A stretch of 30,103 nucleotides of DNA from a virus. Taxonomy: Duplodnaviria > Caudoviricetes. Both the position numbers and the translations under genes were made by a program. Within the stretch, counting starts at the first letter, position 1, and each line of letters opens with the position of its first letter. This document shows positions 1 through 8,855 of the stretch, in pieces. The stretch lies in IMG/VR virus record IMGVR_UViG_3300033406_000034, positions 1 through 30,103 of that record, one strand, 5' to 3'. The notes below the pieces were generated by a model. The model ran no database searches. It had not been told where the DNA came from and saw nothing but the letters and a program-made list of their open reading frames with translations.

Positions 1-1288
1 TATCGAGTTTCTTCCGGCTCGACAGCACGCCGGATATCGCAGGCTCCGCAGCCGTGCTCCAGCTGCCGCCCGGAACAGAAGCCGTTGTCTTATACAGCTT
101 GCTGCCCGGCGTCCAGTATAGCGTCCCCAGCACAGAAGCCGCGCCGCCGCTGAAAGCGGTTTTCTTCAGGCGTGTTCCGTCAACAGTCAAAGTCAGGATG
201 TTTCCTGCCGTTCCGGCTGTCAGTGCGGTTAACGCGAGGGTTCTGTCATTTCTGGCCGCGCTCGCCTTGGTGCTGGCAACGGTTCCGGTGCCGTAGCGCA
301 CCCCTGCCCCGGTTCCTTCGTAAGTCCCCGCCGTAATCGCGCAGCGCAGGTTCTCAGCGCAGATCTCGCGGCCCAGCGTGTCAATTTTGACCTCATTGGC
401 AACCGCTGGGGAGGATAGCGTCGTGCGCCAGGTATAAGTTTTGTCGCCAATCACCACCGTATCGCCGTCCAGCGGCATCCCTTCTACGATGATGGAGCCG
501 ACCGCAAACCTAGCCGCTGTCACCGTATACCAGAACTTTTGCCCCGTCCAATAGGTGCCGGCGGCGAAGGTAACATTTGTCCCCTCGGTGATGGCCTGGG
601 CTGACCCGGTCATGGTAATCTCGCTTGACCATGCACCATCGCCTTTTTTCCATTTGAATTTCGCCGTTGTTTGCGTGCCGTCCGCCGTAACCTCAATATA
701 AATTGTGCTGTCATTCGTTCCGGTGTAGGTCCCGCTTCGCGTCGCCGATATGGCGATATCCTGGATGTAGGTCGCCAGATACCCTGTGCCTGTCCGGCAA
801 ATGGACGGCGAATAGACGGACAGCGTCTGCCCTGACTTGATGCTGTACTGGATAACGCCGGAACCGTCATACGAGAAAGTAGCGACCTTCAGATTGTACT
901 TTCCGCTGCTGTCCAGCAATACATAGGCCAAAGCCAAGTTGCCGTCCGCCATCTCCGTCAGCGATAGGTCGTAAAACTTCCCGCTTCCGGTTGTTGAAAA
1001 CAAATCCGCATAGTGAAACTCCACTCTTTGTGGATCGGTATAGACCAGCTTGGCCGACCTTGCCGGATAATTGATGGTATCAAATTCATCCTGCGTATAG
1101 ACAGCGATCAATCGCCCGCTGGAATGGGTAATGCTCACAGCCCCGGTCTGGTCAAGGGTTTCCGCATTCAAGCGTTGGCCGGCCAGCGGCAGGTCATCGG
1201 CAAACTGCCCAGCCTTGATTTCCACGATGGGATAGCGGCTCGCGCTATCCTGAGCGGCCAAAAGCGCGGCGCTTAACACATTGCCCAT
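1..1288 (-). CDS. Tail tip/baseplate or receptor-binding protein, partial (runs off the left edge; absent from the ORF track)
   Basis: ATG at 1288 overlaps the upstream TAA (TAATG). Manual translation is open to base 1: MGNVLSAALLAAQDSASRYPIVEIKAG...SWSTAAEPAISGVLSSRKKLD. G/T/S-rich beta-strand composition; lies downstream of the tape measure and distal-tail genes. Confidence 0.8.
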   Translation of the reverse strand, partial: MGNVLSAALLAAQDSASRYPIVEIKAGQFADDLPLAGQRLNAETLDQTGAVSITHSSGRLIAVYTQDEFDTINYPARSAKLVYTDPQRVEFHYADLFSTTGSGKFYDLSLTEMADGNLALAYVLLDSSGKYNLKVATFSYDGSGVIQYSIKSGQTLSVYSPSICRTGTGYLATYIQDIAISATRSGTYTGTNDSTIYIEVTADGTQTTAKFKWKKGDGAWSSEITMTGSAQAITEGTNVTFAAGTYWTGQKFWYTVTAARFAVGSIIVEGMPLDGDTVVIGDKTYTWRTTLSSPAVANEVKIDTLGREICAENLRCAITAGTYEGTGAGVRYGTGTVASTKASAARNDRTLALTALTAGTAGNILTLTVDGTRLKKTAFSGGAASVLGTLYWTPGSKLYKTTASVPGGSWSTAAEPAISGVLSSRKKLD

Positions 1289-1650
1289 TACGTCACCACC
1301 TCGTCTAAAAGTATCAGGGTCATGGCGACATTCAGCATGTATTCGTTGTTCTTGTCAAAGAGCAGCGAACCGTCGAAGGCAGTGATTTTTACGTGATAGA
1401 CTTTACCGCCGATGCCGCTTTCCCATACCACTACATTCCCCGCCTGGTACAGAGCGTCCAGGGTTTCAAACAAAGCAACCGTCATGGACTTCCAGGTCAG
1501 CTTAATTTCCTTTCCGGCAAGAATGCTGCCCCAGTCAAAGACAGTAACGCCGCCGTAGGTACTGACCACGGCGGTCGTTCTCGTTGCTCTCGGTTTGGTG
1601 CAGTCAAGCGGAGTATACTGTTCCGGCAAGGTGATGCCGCTGATGATCAT
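1288..1650 (-). CDS. Putative distal tail (Dit-like) protein
   Basis: 120 aa directly after the tape measure gene with an ATGA overlap; function assigned from position only. Confidence 0.6.
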   Translation of the reverse strand: MIISGITLPEQYTPLDCTKPRATRTTAVVSTYGGVTVFDWGSILAGKEIKLTWKSMTVALFETLDALYQAGNVVVWESGIGGKVYHVKITAFDGSLLFDKNNEYMLNVAMTLILLDEVVT

Positions 1651-4529
1651 GCCCTCGCCTCCTCATAGATAATTCGCTGCACCAATTCGGTGATTTCGGA
1701 TCTGAGCCGTCCGGCCAGCCGTGGATTGTTTTCGCCGGCAACACTCACCGGCACGCTGATTTGATGATAGGTGTCGCCGCTTTCCATGAGCCGTTTAGTG
1801 TCTTGCGCATTGTAGACGTAACCGCCACGGTTGAAGTTGATCAGTTCCGGCCCTTTTTCACCCACGAGCGCATAACCGCCGGAATAATTGCCGCCGGAAG
1901 CAAACCCAGGAATATTGTTATTACTAAAAAAGTTGCTGCCGAACAGCCCCATCATAAGCCTGGCGGCAAGCCACTTGGCAATCATGTCGTTGATCATCTT
2001 CAGCACACTCTTGGCTAGGTCTTGAAAGGCGTCGCCAATGGACTTGGTGCCGTTCAAGACATCGGAAAAGAAGGTCGAAAAACCGCTATAAAGGCCGTCC
2101 GTAAGCTCTGCCATATACGACATGGATGTACGGTGCGCTTCCTGCCAGATCTTATAATAGGAGTCGATCATCTGCTGCCGACCGGACAGTTCGCGCTCCT
2201 GCATGGCTTCTTCTTTATTAAGCAATTCTTGGAAACGCGCCAAGTCTCCATCTTCACGCGCCCGGTCCAGCTCCTCCTGGAACTTGACGCGCTCATAGTG
2301 CAAATCTTTGATGCGCTGGTTTTTCTCCGCTTCAATGGCGACCTGCTCGGCAGCCGCCTGGCGGCTAAACTCCACCATGCCTGTTTCCGTAATGGTGAAC
2401 TGGATTCCATTGGCTTCCCACGCTTTGCGGAACTGCTCCTGCTGAGCGGCTGTGCCGGCGGAATACTCCAGGGCAAGATCTCTGTATTTTTTCCGCACTT
2501 CCTCAATCTGCCGCGCCGTGTCGGTTTCGATGTCAAACTTCTGCTTGTCAACGCCAGCCAGGCCAATCCCGCCTAGCTTATCGGAAAGACTCCGGGCCAA
2601 GTCAGCCGCCTGATCGGCAATCCGGTTGTTTTCCTTTTGCTCGTCCAGCAAAATCTTTTTCTTTTTGGCGGCGTAAATTTCATTAAGCCGCAGAACATCA
2701 CGCTCATAATTTTCATTGGCTTCTTTGGATTCGTTTAAGGTTTCCAATTCATCGGCATACCAGGCATCAAGGGCGTCCATCTGGGTGGCGGTAAGCTGCA
2801 GCCATTCTTTTTCAATCGCCTTGCTCGCCTGCTCCGCTTTTTTCTGCAGTTTCTCAAAATCTTTTGCCGCTTTGTCAGTTCCGCTGCCGCTCGCTGGCGA
2901 ACTGGTGCTTGGAGCGGCATTCGTAAGTCCAGTGAATTTGGTGTTGGGTTTCGTCATTTGGGGAAGCAGGGCGGATATATCCTTGCGGCTAAAGCCAAAG
3001 CTGAACTTGCCTGCCGCCACACCGATTTTGTCTATTCCCTCAGTGACCTTGTTAAACCAGTTTCCTACCGAATCGGGAATGAACTGGGCAAAAAAACTTT
3101 TCAGCGGACTGAGTTTGTCTACAATCCAGTTGATTCCCTGTGCAACCAACTCTTTAATGCTGGCCCAGGCGCCGTCGATGAAATCTACGATGCCGTTCCA
3201 TACGCTTGAGGTGGCTTCACCCGCCGCGTTCCAGCCATCTCCAATGAACTGGGCCACCGCACTCAGCGCATCTTCAACAAGACCGGTGATCCAATTCCAC
3301 GCTTCGGATATGGCCGTAACTACGCTGTTCCAGATGCCAACCGTGAAACTTACGATTGTATGCCAAGTGTCGGAAATAGCTGTAGTCACTGTGGTCACAG
3401 CATTGTCTACGACATTGGTAATCGCGTTCCAGGCATCAGTAAAGATGTCCGTGACCGTACTCCACAAAGTGCTGAAAAGCTCGGACAGCGACTCCCAGTT
3501 GACCCAAATCTCGTAGGCCAGCAAGCCAACCGCCGCGCCAATCGCGATGAAAGACAGAAGCGGTGCGAGCGCCGTCCAAGTCGCGATTCCAAGCGCCACC
3601 ATTGCCGGAACCGCCGCGCCTAAAAGTGCTCCGGAAAGGACGAACACCGAAGCGATTACTTCCGGCGGAATCATGCCTTGCAACGCTTCTTTCAACCCGA
3701 GCGCCTTCACCGCCGCGCCAAATTGCGACAGCCAGTCGGCAACGCCTTGCAACTTTTCCACTAGGTTTAGGTTTTTCGCGATGCTGTCGCCGATTTCCAC
3801 CATGACCATGCTCACATTATCCTTGATAGTCGACATGAATCCGGGGATGGTCTTGCTCATGGCTTCCATGCCGCCCTGGAATTTGGACTGCATGCCCATT
3901 AAAAGCGCGTTGATTCCGGTAGTGCTGTCAATCGCCCCTTGCTCTGCCATTTTCATGGCTGTGGGAATATCTTTTCCAATGGCGTCCGCCAGGAACTTCC
4001 ACGCCGGCACTCCGGCTTCGGCCAGCTGCATCATCTCTTCGGCGGACACTTTCCCTTTGGCTTGCATCTGGCCGATTGCGTTGGTCAAGCGGCTGATGCC
4101 TTCCTCGCCGATGCCCAGCATGGCCGCCGCGTCGCCGATTGCTGCCAGCATCGGAATGATGTCTTGCGACGCAAAGCCGAAGGCCAACAATTTTTTCGAT
4201 GCAGTTAAAAGCCCCGGCAGTTCAAAAGGAGTATCCGCAGCAAAGGTTGCCAGATCGGCGAGCATTTTTTCCGCTGCCTTGGCGTCGCCCAGCAGTGTGG
4301 TTAATGCTTTGCGGCTGGCATCCATGTCGCCTGCCAGTTTGATGCTGGCAACCCCGAAAGCGGCGAGAGCTGCCGTCGCGGCGGCTAGGCCGGTGGCAAT
4401 GCTCTCCGACGCTGCCATCGCTTCCGAGCCAAGCCCTTTGCGGAGTGCGCGCTTTGTGCTCTCCCATTTTTTTAAGAAATCGCTGTTGTCCCCGCCGATA
4501 AAAATCGTCATCGAAGCGTTCCCGGCCAT
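1647..4529 (-). CDS. Tail tape measure protein
   Basis: 960 aa; N-terminal tape-measure domain (FAADTPFEL...GQMQAKGKVSAEEMMQLAEAGVP), hydrophobic segments, roughly 11-residue-spaced Trp repeats, C-terminal FASGG...LVGEKGPEL. Confidence 0.95.
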   Translation of the reverse strand: MAGNASMTIFIGGDNSDFLKKWESTKRALRKGLGSEAMAASESIATGLAAATAALAAFGVASIKLAGDMDASRKALTTLLGDAKAAEKMLADLATFAADTPFELPGLLTASKKLLAFGFASQDIIPMLAAIGDAAAMLGIGEEGISRLTNAIGQMQAKGKVSAEEMMQLAEAGVPAWKFLADAIGKDIPTAMKMAEQGAIDSTTGINALLMGMQSKFQGGMEAMSKTIPGFMSTIKDNVSMVMVEIGDSIAKNLNLVEKLQGVADWLSQFGAAVKALGLKEALQGMIPPEVIASVFVLSGALLGAAVPAMVALGIATWTALAPLLSFIAIGAAVGLLAYEIWVNWESLSELFSTLWSTVTDIFTDAWNAITNVVDNAVTTVTTAISDTWHTIVSFTVGIWNSVVTAISEAWNWITGLVEDALSAVAQFIGDGWNAAGEATSSVWNGIVDFIDGAWASIKELVAQGINWIVDKLSPLKSFFAQFIPDSVGNWFNKVTEGIDKIGVAAGKFSFGFSRKDISALLPQMTKPNTKFTGLTNAAPSTSSPASGSGTDKAAKDFEKLQKKAEQASKAIEKEWLQLTATQMDALDAWYADELETLNESKEANENYERDVLRLNEIYAAKKKKILLDEQKENNRIADQAADLARSLSDKLGGIGLAGVDKQKFDIETDTARQIEEVRKKYRDLALEYSAGTAAQQEQFRKAWEANGIQFTITETGMVEFSRQAAAEQVAIEAEKNQRIKDLHYERVKFQEELDRAREDGDLARFQELLNKEEAMQERELSGRQQMIDSYYKIWQEAHRTSMSYMAELTDGLYSGFSTFFSDVLNGTKSIGDAFQDLAKSVLKMINDMIAKWLAARLMMGLFGSNFFSNNNIPGFASGGNYSGGYALVGEKGPELINFNRGGYVYNAQDTKRLMESGDTYHQISVPVSVAGENNPRLAGRLRSEITELVQRIIYEEARA

Positions 4530-4533
4530 AGTC

Positions 4534-4851
4534 TCACCCCACTTTCGACAGCAAGTCTTTTATTGCCATCTTGGCTTCATCTTGCGTTACTTTTTGTTTT
4601 TCTTTCGGCTCACGGCCGAGCAGCATATCCACCGTAACCGGCTTTTTCAGATCGCGTGACGTGCAGGTGTTGATAATGGAAGCCACAAAACCCGCTGTCA
4701 TTATTTGTTCCTGCCTGGTTCGCCAGTGATAGCCTTCCGCCAGTTCGTAAAACTCACCGAAGGTCAGCCGGCCAAATTCCCATGGCTTTAAGCCCAAAGG
4801 GCCGTAAGCCACCGGCGCGGCTTTTTCGATCCACTGGGCTACGGTGGTCAC
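4534..4851 (-). CDS. Tail assembly chaperone, T part (probably expressed as a -1 frameshift fusion)
   Basis: LGLKPWEFGRLTFGEF motif typical of gpT-like chaperones; lies in the -1 frame of the upstream ORF. Confidence 0.8.
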   Translation of the reverse strand: MTTVAQWIEKAAPVAYGPLGLKPWEFGRLTFGEFYELAEGYHWRTRQEQIMTAGFVASIINTCTSRDLKKPVTVDMLLGREPKEKQKVTQDEAKMAIKDLLSKVG

Positions 4852-5210
4852 TCGTTTCCCTCGTCGATCTCCTCTTGCGCTCCTTCTTCATCGGCCAGAC
4901 TTTCGCCCATGATCTTCGATGCCTTGATGGCTTCCCCGATCTTGCCGGCCAGTTCCCCGAAGTTTCCGCCGGCTTCCATGTATTCCTGCATCATTAGCCC
5001 CACGCGCTGCAAGGTAATCCCTTTTTCCGCATGCTTTAAGCCGCCCCACAGCAGAATGCGAATCGCCGAAAAGCCAGCCGCCATGGGATTGCTCATCACA
5101 TAGAGCAGGGATTTTCCTCCCATCAGCTCTTCCATCTCGGCGGCTGAGTTAATATCGTAGCGAAGGCGGCGCTCCTTGCCGCCAATCGTAATAAACACCG
5201 GTCCTGTCAT
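4848..5210 (-). CDS. Tail assembly chaperone, G part
   Basis: 120 aa between the tail tube and tape measure genes; ITIGGKERRLRYDINS start, acidic C-terminus, GGAGG RBS. Confidence 0.85.
   Translation of the reverse strand: MTGPVFITIGGKERRLRYDINSAAEMEELMGGKSLLYVMSNPMAAGFSAIRILLWGGLKHAEKGITLQRVGLMMQEYMEAGGNFGELAGKIGEAIKASKIMGESLADEEGAQEEIDEGNE
4854..4860 (-). other. Programmed -1 ribosomal frameshift slippery site G GGA AAC
   Basis: The minus strand reads GAG GGA AAC GAG TGA, an X XXY YYZ heptamer in the correct phase. A -1 slip enters CGA GTG ACC ACC of ORF 4534-4851. Confidence 0.8.
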
Positions 5211-5231
5211 CGTTCATTCCTCCATTTTCAA

Positions 5232-5264
5232 GAAAACAGGGTGCACAGTCCAAACTGCACACCC
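5232..5264 (-). terminator. Intrinsic terminator/attenuator after the tail tube gene
   Basis: RNA GGGUGUGCAGU-UUGG-ACUGUGCACCC followed by UGUUUUCUU. Confidence 0.55.
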
Positions 5265-5270
5265 CATCCG

Positions 5271-6062
5271 TTATGCCGCGGGCGCAACGCCCGGAGTTGT
5301 ATTCGCTGAAACCGGAGCCGCCGTCAAACCGGCGCATGTCCCATTGGCAATGGCAATGTTGAGAGTGCTGTCATTAGCCGCCGCGGTCAAAGCCGTCAGT
5401 TCCACGATAGCCCCATAGCCGCCCACGCTGAATTTGGCGGTCACCGCGCTGTCTGCAGCCAAAGCTTCTCTGGCTTTTTGCGCTGCCACAGCCGCCGAAT
5501 CATTGAGCGCCACGGCTACGCTGATGGCTTTTGGCGAGCCGGTCATCCCGGCGGCAGTCACTGTGAAGGTGGCATTGCCGGCGGTAGTAATTGCACCGAC
5601 AACCTCAGCCGTTTCCACCTGTTTGGTGCCGTTTACCTCTTCCGGCGCACCCGCTCCGGCCAAGGTAATTTTATATGTCGCTACCCCGTCATGCGGAGAC
5701 TCCTCGCTCAAATCGGTAATGGCCGCATAGCCTTGGAATTTCGAGCCATCCTTGCGGACATACCGCACATGCACCAGCTCGCGGTTGGCAAAAACCGTGA
5801 GCAGCTTGGCACGGCCCGCGTCAATACTCAGGCCTGATGCGTCGGTTAGCATCACCGCATCGGCGTCAATGCTCCAGGACATCATGCCGGGTACGCTGGT
5901 TTTCCATGCTCCCGACTGCTTATTGGACGCATCGATCTGTTCCGCTGTCAGGCTCAAGGTCGCGCCCCGCTGGCCGCCAATCACCGTCCAGACCGGCGTT
6001 TCGGCCGTCCCGGTATTCACTTTCAGCAGAAAATCCACGCCATCGCTTGGAATCAAAGGCAT
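5271..6062 (-). CDS. Major tail (tube) protein, TP901-1 family, with a C-terminal decoration domain
   Basis: GVDFLLKV...IGGQRGATL...IDASNK...SWSIDAD...YKITLAGAG core, plus about 120 extra Ala/Thr-rich residues. Confidence 0.9.
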   Translation of the reverse strand: MPLIPSDGVDFLLKVNTGTAETPVWTVIGGQRGATLSLTAEQIDASNKQSGAWKTSVPGMMSWSIDADAVMLTDASGLSIDAGRAKLLTVFANRELVHVRYVRKDGSKFQGYAAITDLSEESPHDGVATYKITLAGAGAPEEVNGTKQVETAEVVGAITTAGNATFTVTAAGMTGSPKAISVAVALNDSAAVAAQKAREALAADSAVTAKFSVGGYGAIVELTALTAAANDSTLNIAIANGTCAGLTAAPVSANTTPGVAPAA

Positions 6063-6068
6063 CTTTCA

Positions 6069-6461
6069 TCACTCCTTAGTATCAATAATCGTAAACTTGA
6101 AGGTTACCGTAGCTTCGCGGTGCGTTTCCAGGCGTTCCACCGAATGGCTGTCCACGCTCGAAAGCCCGACCTGCCACTCGTCGGTTAAAATCAGTGGCTC
6201 GCTTTGTATAGCCGAAATTGCCCTGTCGCAAAGCTCCGCCACTTCCTTGTCCCCTTGGTACTCGCTGTAGACTTTGAGGGTAGCCATGACGTCCGCGCCG
6301 CATACCGTTTTGGTGCTCCAGCTCTCTGCCGTTGTGTCGGTCAGCACCACATAGGGTGCTTTTTTGCCTGCCGGCACATAGTCATAAACCGGAGCCGCCA
6401 TCTGACTTTTTATACGCTCAAAGAGCGCCTTGTTTAGCGGCGACACTGGGGATCGTTTCAT
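6069..6461 (-). CDS. Tail completion/terminator protein (DUF3168-like)
   Basis: VYDYVP...PYVVL...WSTKT...G motif; sits immediately before the tail tube gene. Confidence 0.8.
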   Translation of the reverse strand: MKRSPVSPLNKALFERIKSQMAAPVYDYVPAGKKAPYVVLTDTTAESWSTKTVCGADVMATLKVYSEYQGDKEVAELCDRAISAIQSEPLILTDEWQVGLSSVDSHSVERLETHREATVTFKFTIIDTKE

Positions 6462-6820
6462 CGTCTCACCTCATTTCGCACCGCTGTCCGGATCTTCTCT
6501 TGGATGCCCGGCATCAGCTCACGGCGCGCCCGCTCGGCAAAATGCTTGCCCTTCACGCCTCGCTTGGTGCCATATTCCTGCAGCGGCGCATGCGGCGCTT
6601 TGGCCCTGACCATGCGAGAGATGCCGTATTTGCCCTTGCGGTTCACGATACTTTTGCGCAAAAGGCCGCTTTTGACCGGAGCCAGCGAGCGCTCGCGTTT
6701 TCGAACTTCTTTAGCCCCCAGCTCGGTTTCTTTTTCAATCGCCTGACTGACATTGGTAGAAATGAGATCGCCGAAGGAAACGCATTGATCAATGCCGGTT
6801 ACCCTAATTACCGGCCGCAT
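6458..6820 (-). CDS. HK97 gp10-family neck/tail component
   Basis: APVKSGLLRKSI and QEYGT motifs. Confidence 0.85.
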   Translation of the reverse strand: MRPVIRVTGIDQCVSFGDLISTNVSQAIEKETELGAKEVRKRERSLAPVKSGLLRKSIVNRKGKYGISRMVRAKAPHAPLQEYGTKRGVKGKHFAERARRELMPGIQEKIRTAVRNEVRR

Positions 6821-7142
6821 CGGCCACCACCTCCCGACATTCCAGTCTTAAAAACGCATGCTTTTCTTCCACATCAATAGGCGGCCCGATCTGCTCAAAA
6901 ATGCGGCCGCCATATTGAATCCGGTCCGACACCGCCACATCGCGGCGATAGCGAATAATGATCCGGTGTAAAATTTCGGGCGTCAGCTGCTCATATTGGT
7001 CTACCGTCTTGGCGGTCAACGCCATAAGCTTGGCCCAAACGGCAGCTCGCGTCGTATAAATCGTTTCATAGCCGCCTTGATCGTCCGGCACCTGGGTTTC
7101 CTTCAGCAAGATGCAGCGGCAGTTCAGTTCTCCTGGGTTCAT
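6804..7142 (-). CDS. Head closure protein (SPP1 gp16-like)
   Basis: MNPGELN...DDQGG...VWA...IIIRYRRDV...RI pattern. Confidence 0.85.
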   Translation of the reverse strand: MNPGELNCRCILLKETQVPDDQGGYETIYTTRAAVWAKLMALTAKTVDQYEQLTPEILHRIIIRYRRDVAVSDRIQYGGRIFEQIGPPIDVEEKHAFLRLECREVVADAAGN

Positions 7143-7150
7143 ATCATCAC

Positions 7151-7417
7151 CTACCAGAGATGCGCGCGATATGGGGAAAGAAGGACATACACCACATTGG
7201 GAATATCCTCGCCCGCGCGCTGTTCATAAAAATGTCCGATTAAAATCAGCAAGGCTTGTTTAACGGGAGTTGGCGTTTCACTCGGCAGCGGCGCTTGCAG
7301 ATAGTTTTCTGAGTGAGATATCGCCGCGGAAAGTAAGGCGGTGAGAAGGGAATTTTCCTCCTCACCGTCAATGCGCAGGTATTCCTTCATTTCCGTCAGT
7401 GTCAGCGGCTCAGCCAT
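7151..7417 (-). CDS. Head-tail connector (HK97 gp6-like)
   Basis: LTEMKEYLRID...VKQALLILIGHFYEQR...LLSPYR. Confidence 0.9.
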   Translation of the reverse strand: MAEPLTLTEMKEYLRIDGEEENSLLTALLSAAISHSENYLQAPLPSETPTPVKQALLILIGHFYEQRAGEDIPNVVYVLLSPYRAHLW

Positions 7418-7628
7418 TGGTTGGTTCCATGAGACCCGCAGTTTTTAGCTTGGCCAGAAGCAAGTTGAAGTCCGTCACCAGCCCCGCTATAGTAGTAGCC
7501 GTACTGTCAGCCTGAAACGCGGCTGGCGTAAAAAGGCCCACCACCTGCCCGCCTGCCACAATCTCCAAGGTACCGCCAATTACGGTTCTTTCTCCGCCTT
7601 GCTCCGTATAGTTTTTGACGTTACTCAT
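7410..7628 (-). CDS. Head fibre/decoration protein
   Basis: KNYTEQGGERTVIGGTL and QADSTATTIAGLVTDFNLLLAKLKTAGLM motifs; follows the capsid gene. Confidence 0.75.
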   Translation of the reverse strand: MSNVKNYTEQGGERTVIGGTLEIVAGGQVVGLFTPAAFQADSTATTIAGLVTDFNLLLAKLKTAGLMEPTNG

Positions 7629-7638
7629 CGTTTCTCAC

Positions 7639-8835
7639 CTACGCTTTCATTTGCAGCACTTTGACAGCTTCGGCGAGAATCAGCTTGCCGTCGACACGCT
7701 GAGTGGCCTTGAAGCCCACCTGCCCGGTTGCCGCATAGAGTTCGTTAAGCCGCTGGAAGGCTCTGCCCTGGCGGTCCGCCACCCAGTAGTAGCTGAAATC
7801 GCCAAAGGCGATAGTTTTCGCCGCCGCCGCGATGGCTGGAACATAAGCGGAGGTCTTCAGCGGACGGTTTAAGATGGTATCCGGCTGGCCTGCGGTCACC
7901 GAAGGCTGCCAAAGGTACTGGCCGTTTCCATCTTTCAGCTTGCGGATGGACTTGACGGTCGCGTCATTAGTGACGAATACGGCATTCTTGCGGTACGGCG
8001 ATTTCAGGGAGTAGAACAGGTCCATGATTTCGTCGATAGTGATGGCCGAAGCGCTGGCAGTCGTGATTCCCACGCCGGCACCGCCGGTGGTATTGAAAAT
8101 GCCGGTAGGTTTTCCGGTCCCGTCACCGACAAAGAAGGCTTCCTCCTCTTTCGCCCCAATGCGCCGGCCAAACTCCTTGGCAATATACTGCTCCAGGTTA
8201 AACACGCTGTCGTTTAAGAGTTCCTCCGACACCTTGATCATCGTAGCCAGCTTGTAGGCTCCAATGGAAACCTGACCAAAGGCATCGTCCGACTCGGGGA
8301 TCGCGCCTTCTTCGTCCACCCAGGAAGCGGTTCCCTTGGTGGCGACTACCGGAATTTTGCGATCCCCCGATGAAGTGGTAATGATCGTAGCCAGTTGCCG
8401 GAAAATGTTTTCTTCCTGCAGGGCTTCTACGAGAGTGCGCTCAAATTCATCCGGCACCAGGTAGCCGCCTTCGGAGTCAGTGCCGACTTGCAGGGCATTT
8501 TGCACATCAAAGCTGTTTTTGTTCTTCATTGCCTTCCAAAAGGCCGCTTTGTATTCGCTGGACGCCCGACCGGTTTTCTCTGTCTCCTGATGCTGGCTGG
8601 GTTTGTTCGTAATGGCAGCGGTGGTAGGCTTGGACAGTTCGAGGTCCAGCACCGCTTGGCGCTCTAGGCGGTCGATTTCTTTACCCAAGCTCACAACATC
8701 GGCTTCCATCTTTTCATAGGTGGCCGTATCTTCCGCAGACAGCAGGCCGTTTTCATTGCGCCGGGAATCTAAAAAAGCTTTGGTGCTGTCCCAAAGCTTG
8801 GCGCGTTTCTCGCGCAGTTCCAGTATTTTATTCAT
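7639..8835 (-). CDS. Major capsid protein, HK97 fold
   Basis: Coiled-coil delta domain, GTDSEGGYLVP, LKDGNGQYLWQP, FGDFSYY, QRVDG. Confidence 0.97.
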   Translation of the reverse strand: MNKILELREKRAKLWDSTKAFLDSRRNENGLLSAEDTATYEKMEADVVSLGKEIDRLERQAVLDLELSKPTTAAITNKPSQHQETEKTGRASSEYKAAFWKAMKNKNSFDVQNALQVGTDSEGGYLVPDEFERTLVEALQEENIFRQLATIITTSSGDRKIPVVATKGTASWVDEEGAIPESDDAFGQVSIGAYKLATMIKVSEELLNDSVFNLEQYIAKEFGRRIGAKEEEAFFVGDGTGKPTGIFNTTGGAGVGITTASASAITIDEIMDLFYSLKSPYRKNAVFVTNDATVKSIRKLKDGNGQYLWQPSVTAGQPDTILNRPLKTSAYVPAIAAAAKTIAFGDFSYYWVADRQGRAFQRLNELYAATGQVGFKATQRVDGKLILAEAVKVLQMKA

Positions 8836-8855
8836 ATCCAGTTCCTCCCTGTTTT

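Noticed and set aside
2022-4659. Long plus-strand ORFs (184, 266 and 370 aa) opposite the tape measure gene
   Set aside because: Antisense shadows of an Ala-rich, codon-biased gene; low-complexity Ser/Ala/Pro translations with no recognisable motifs.
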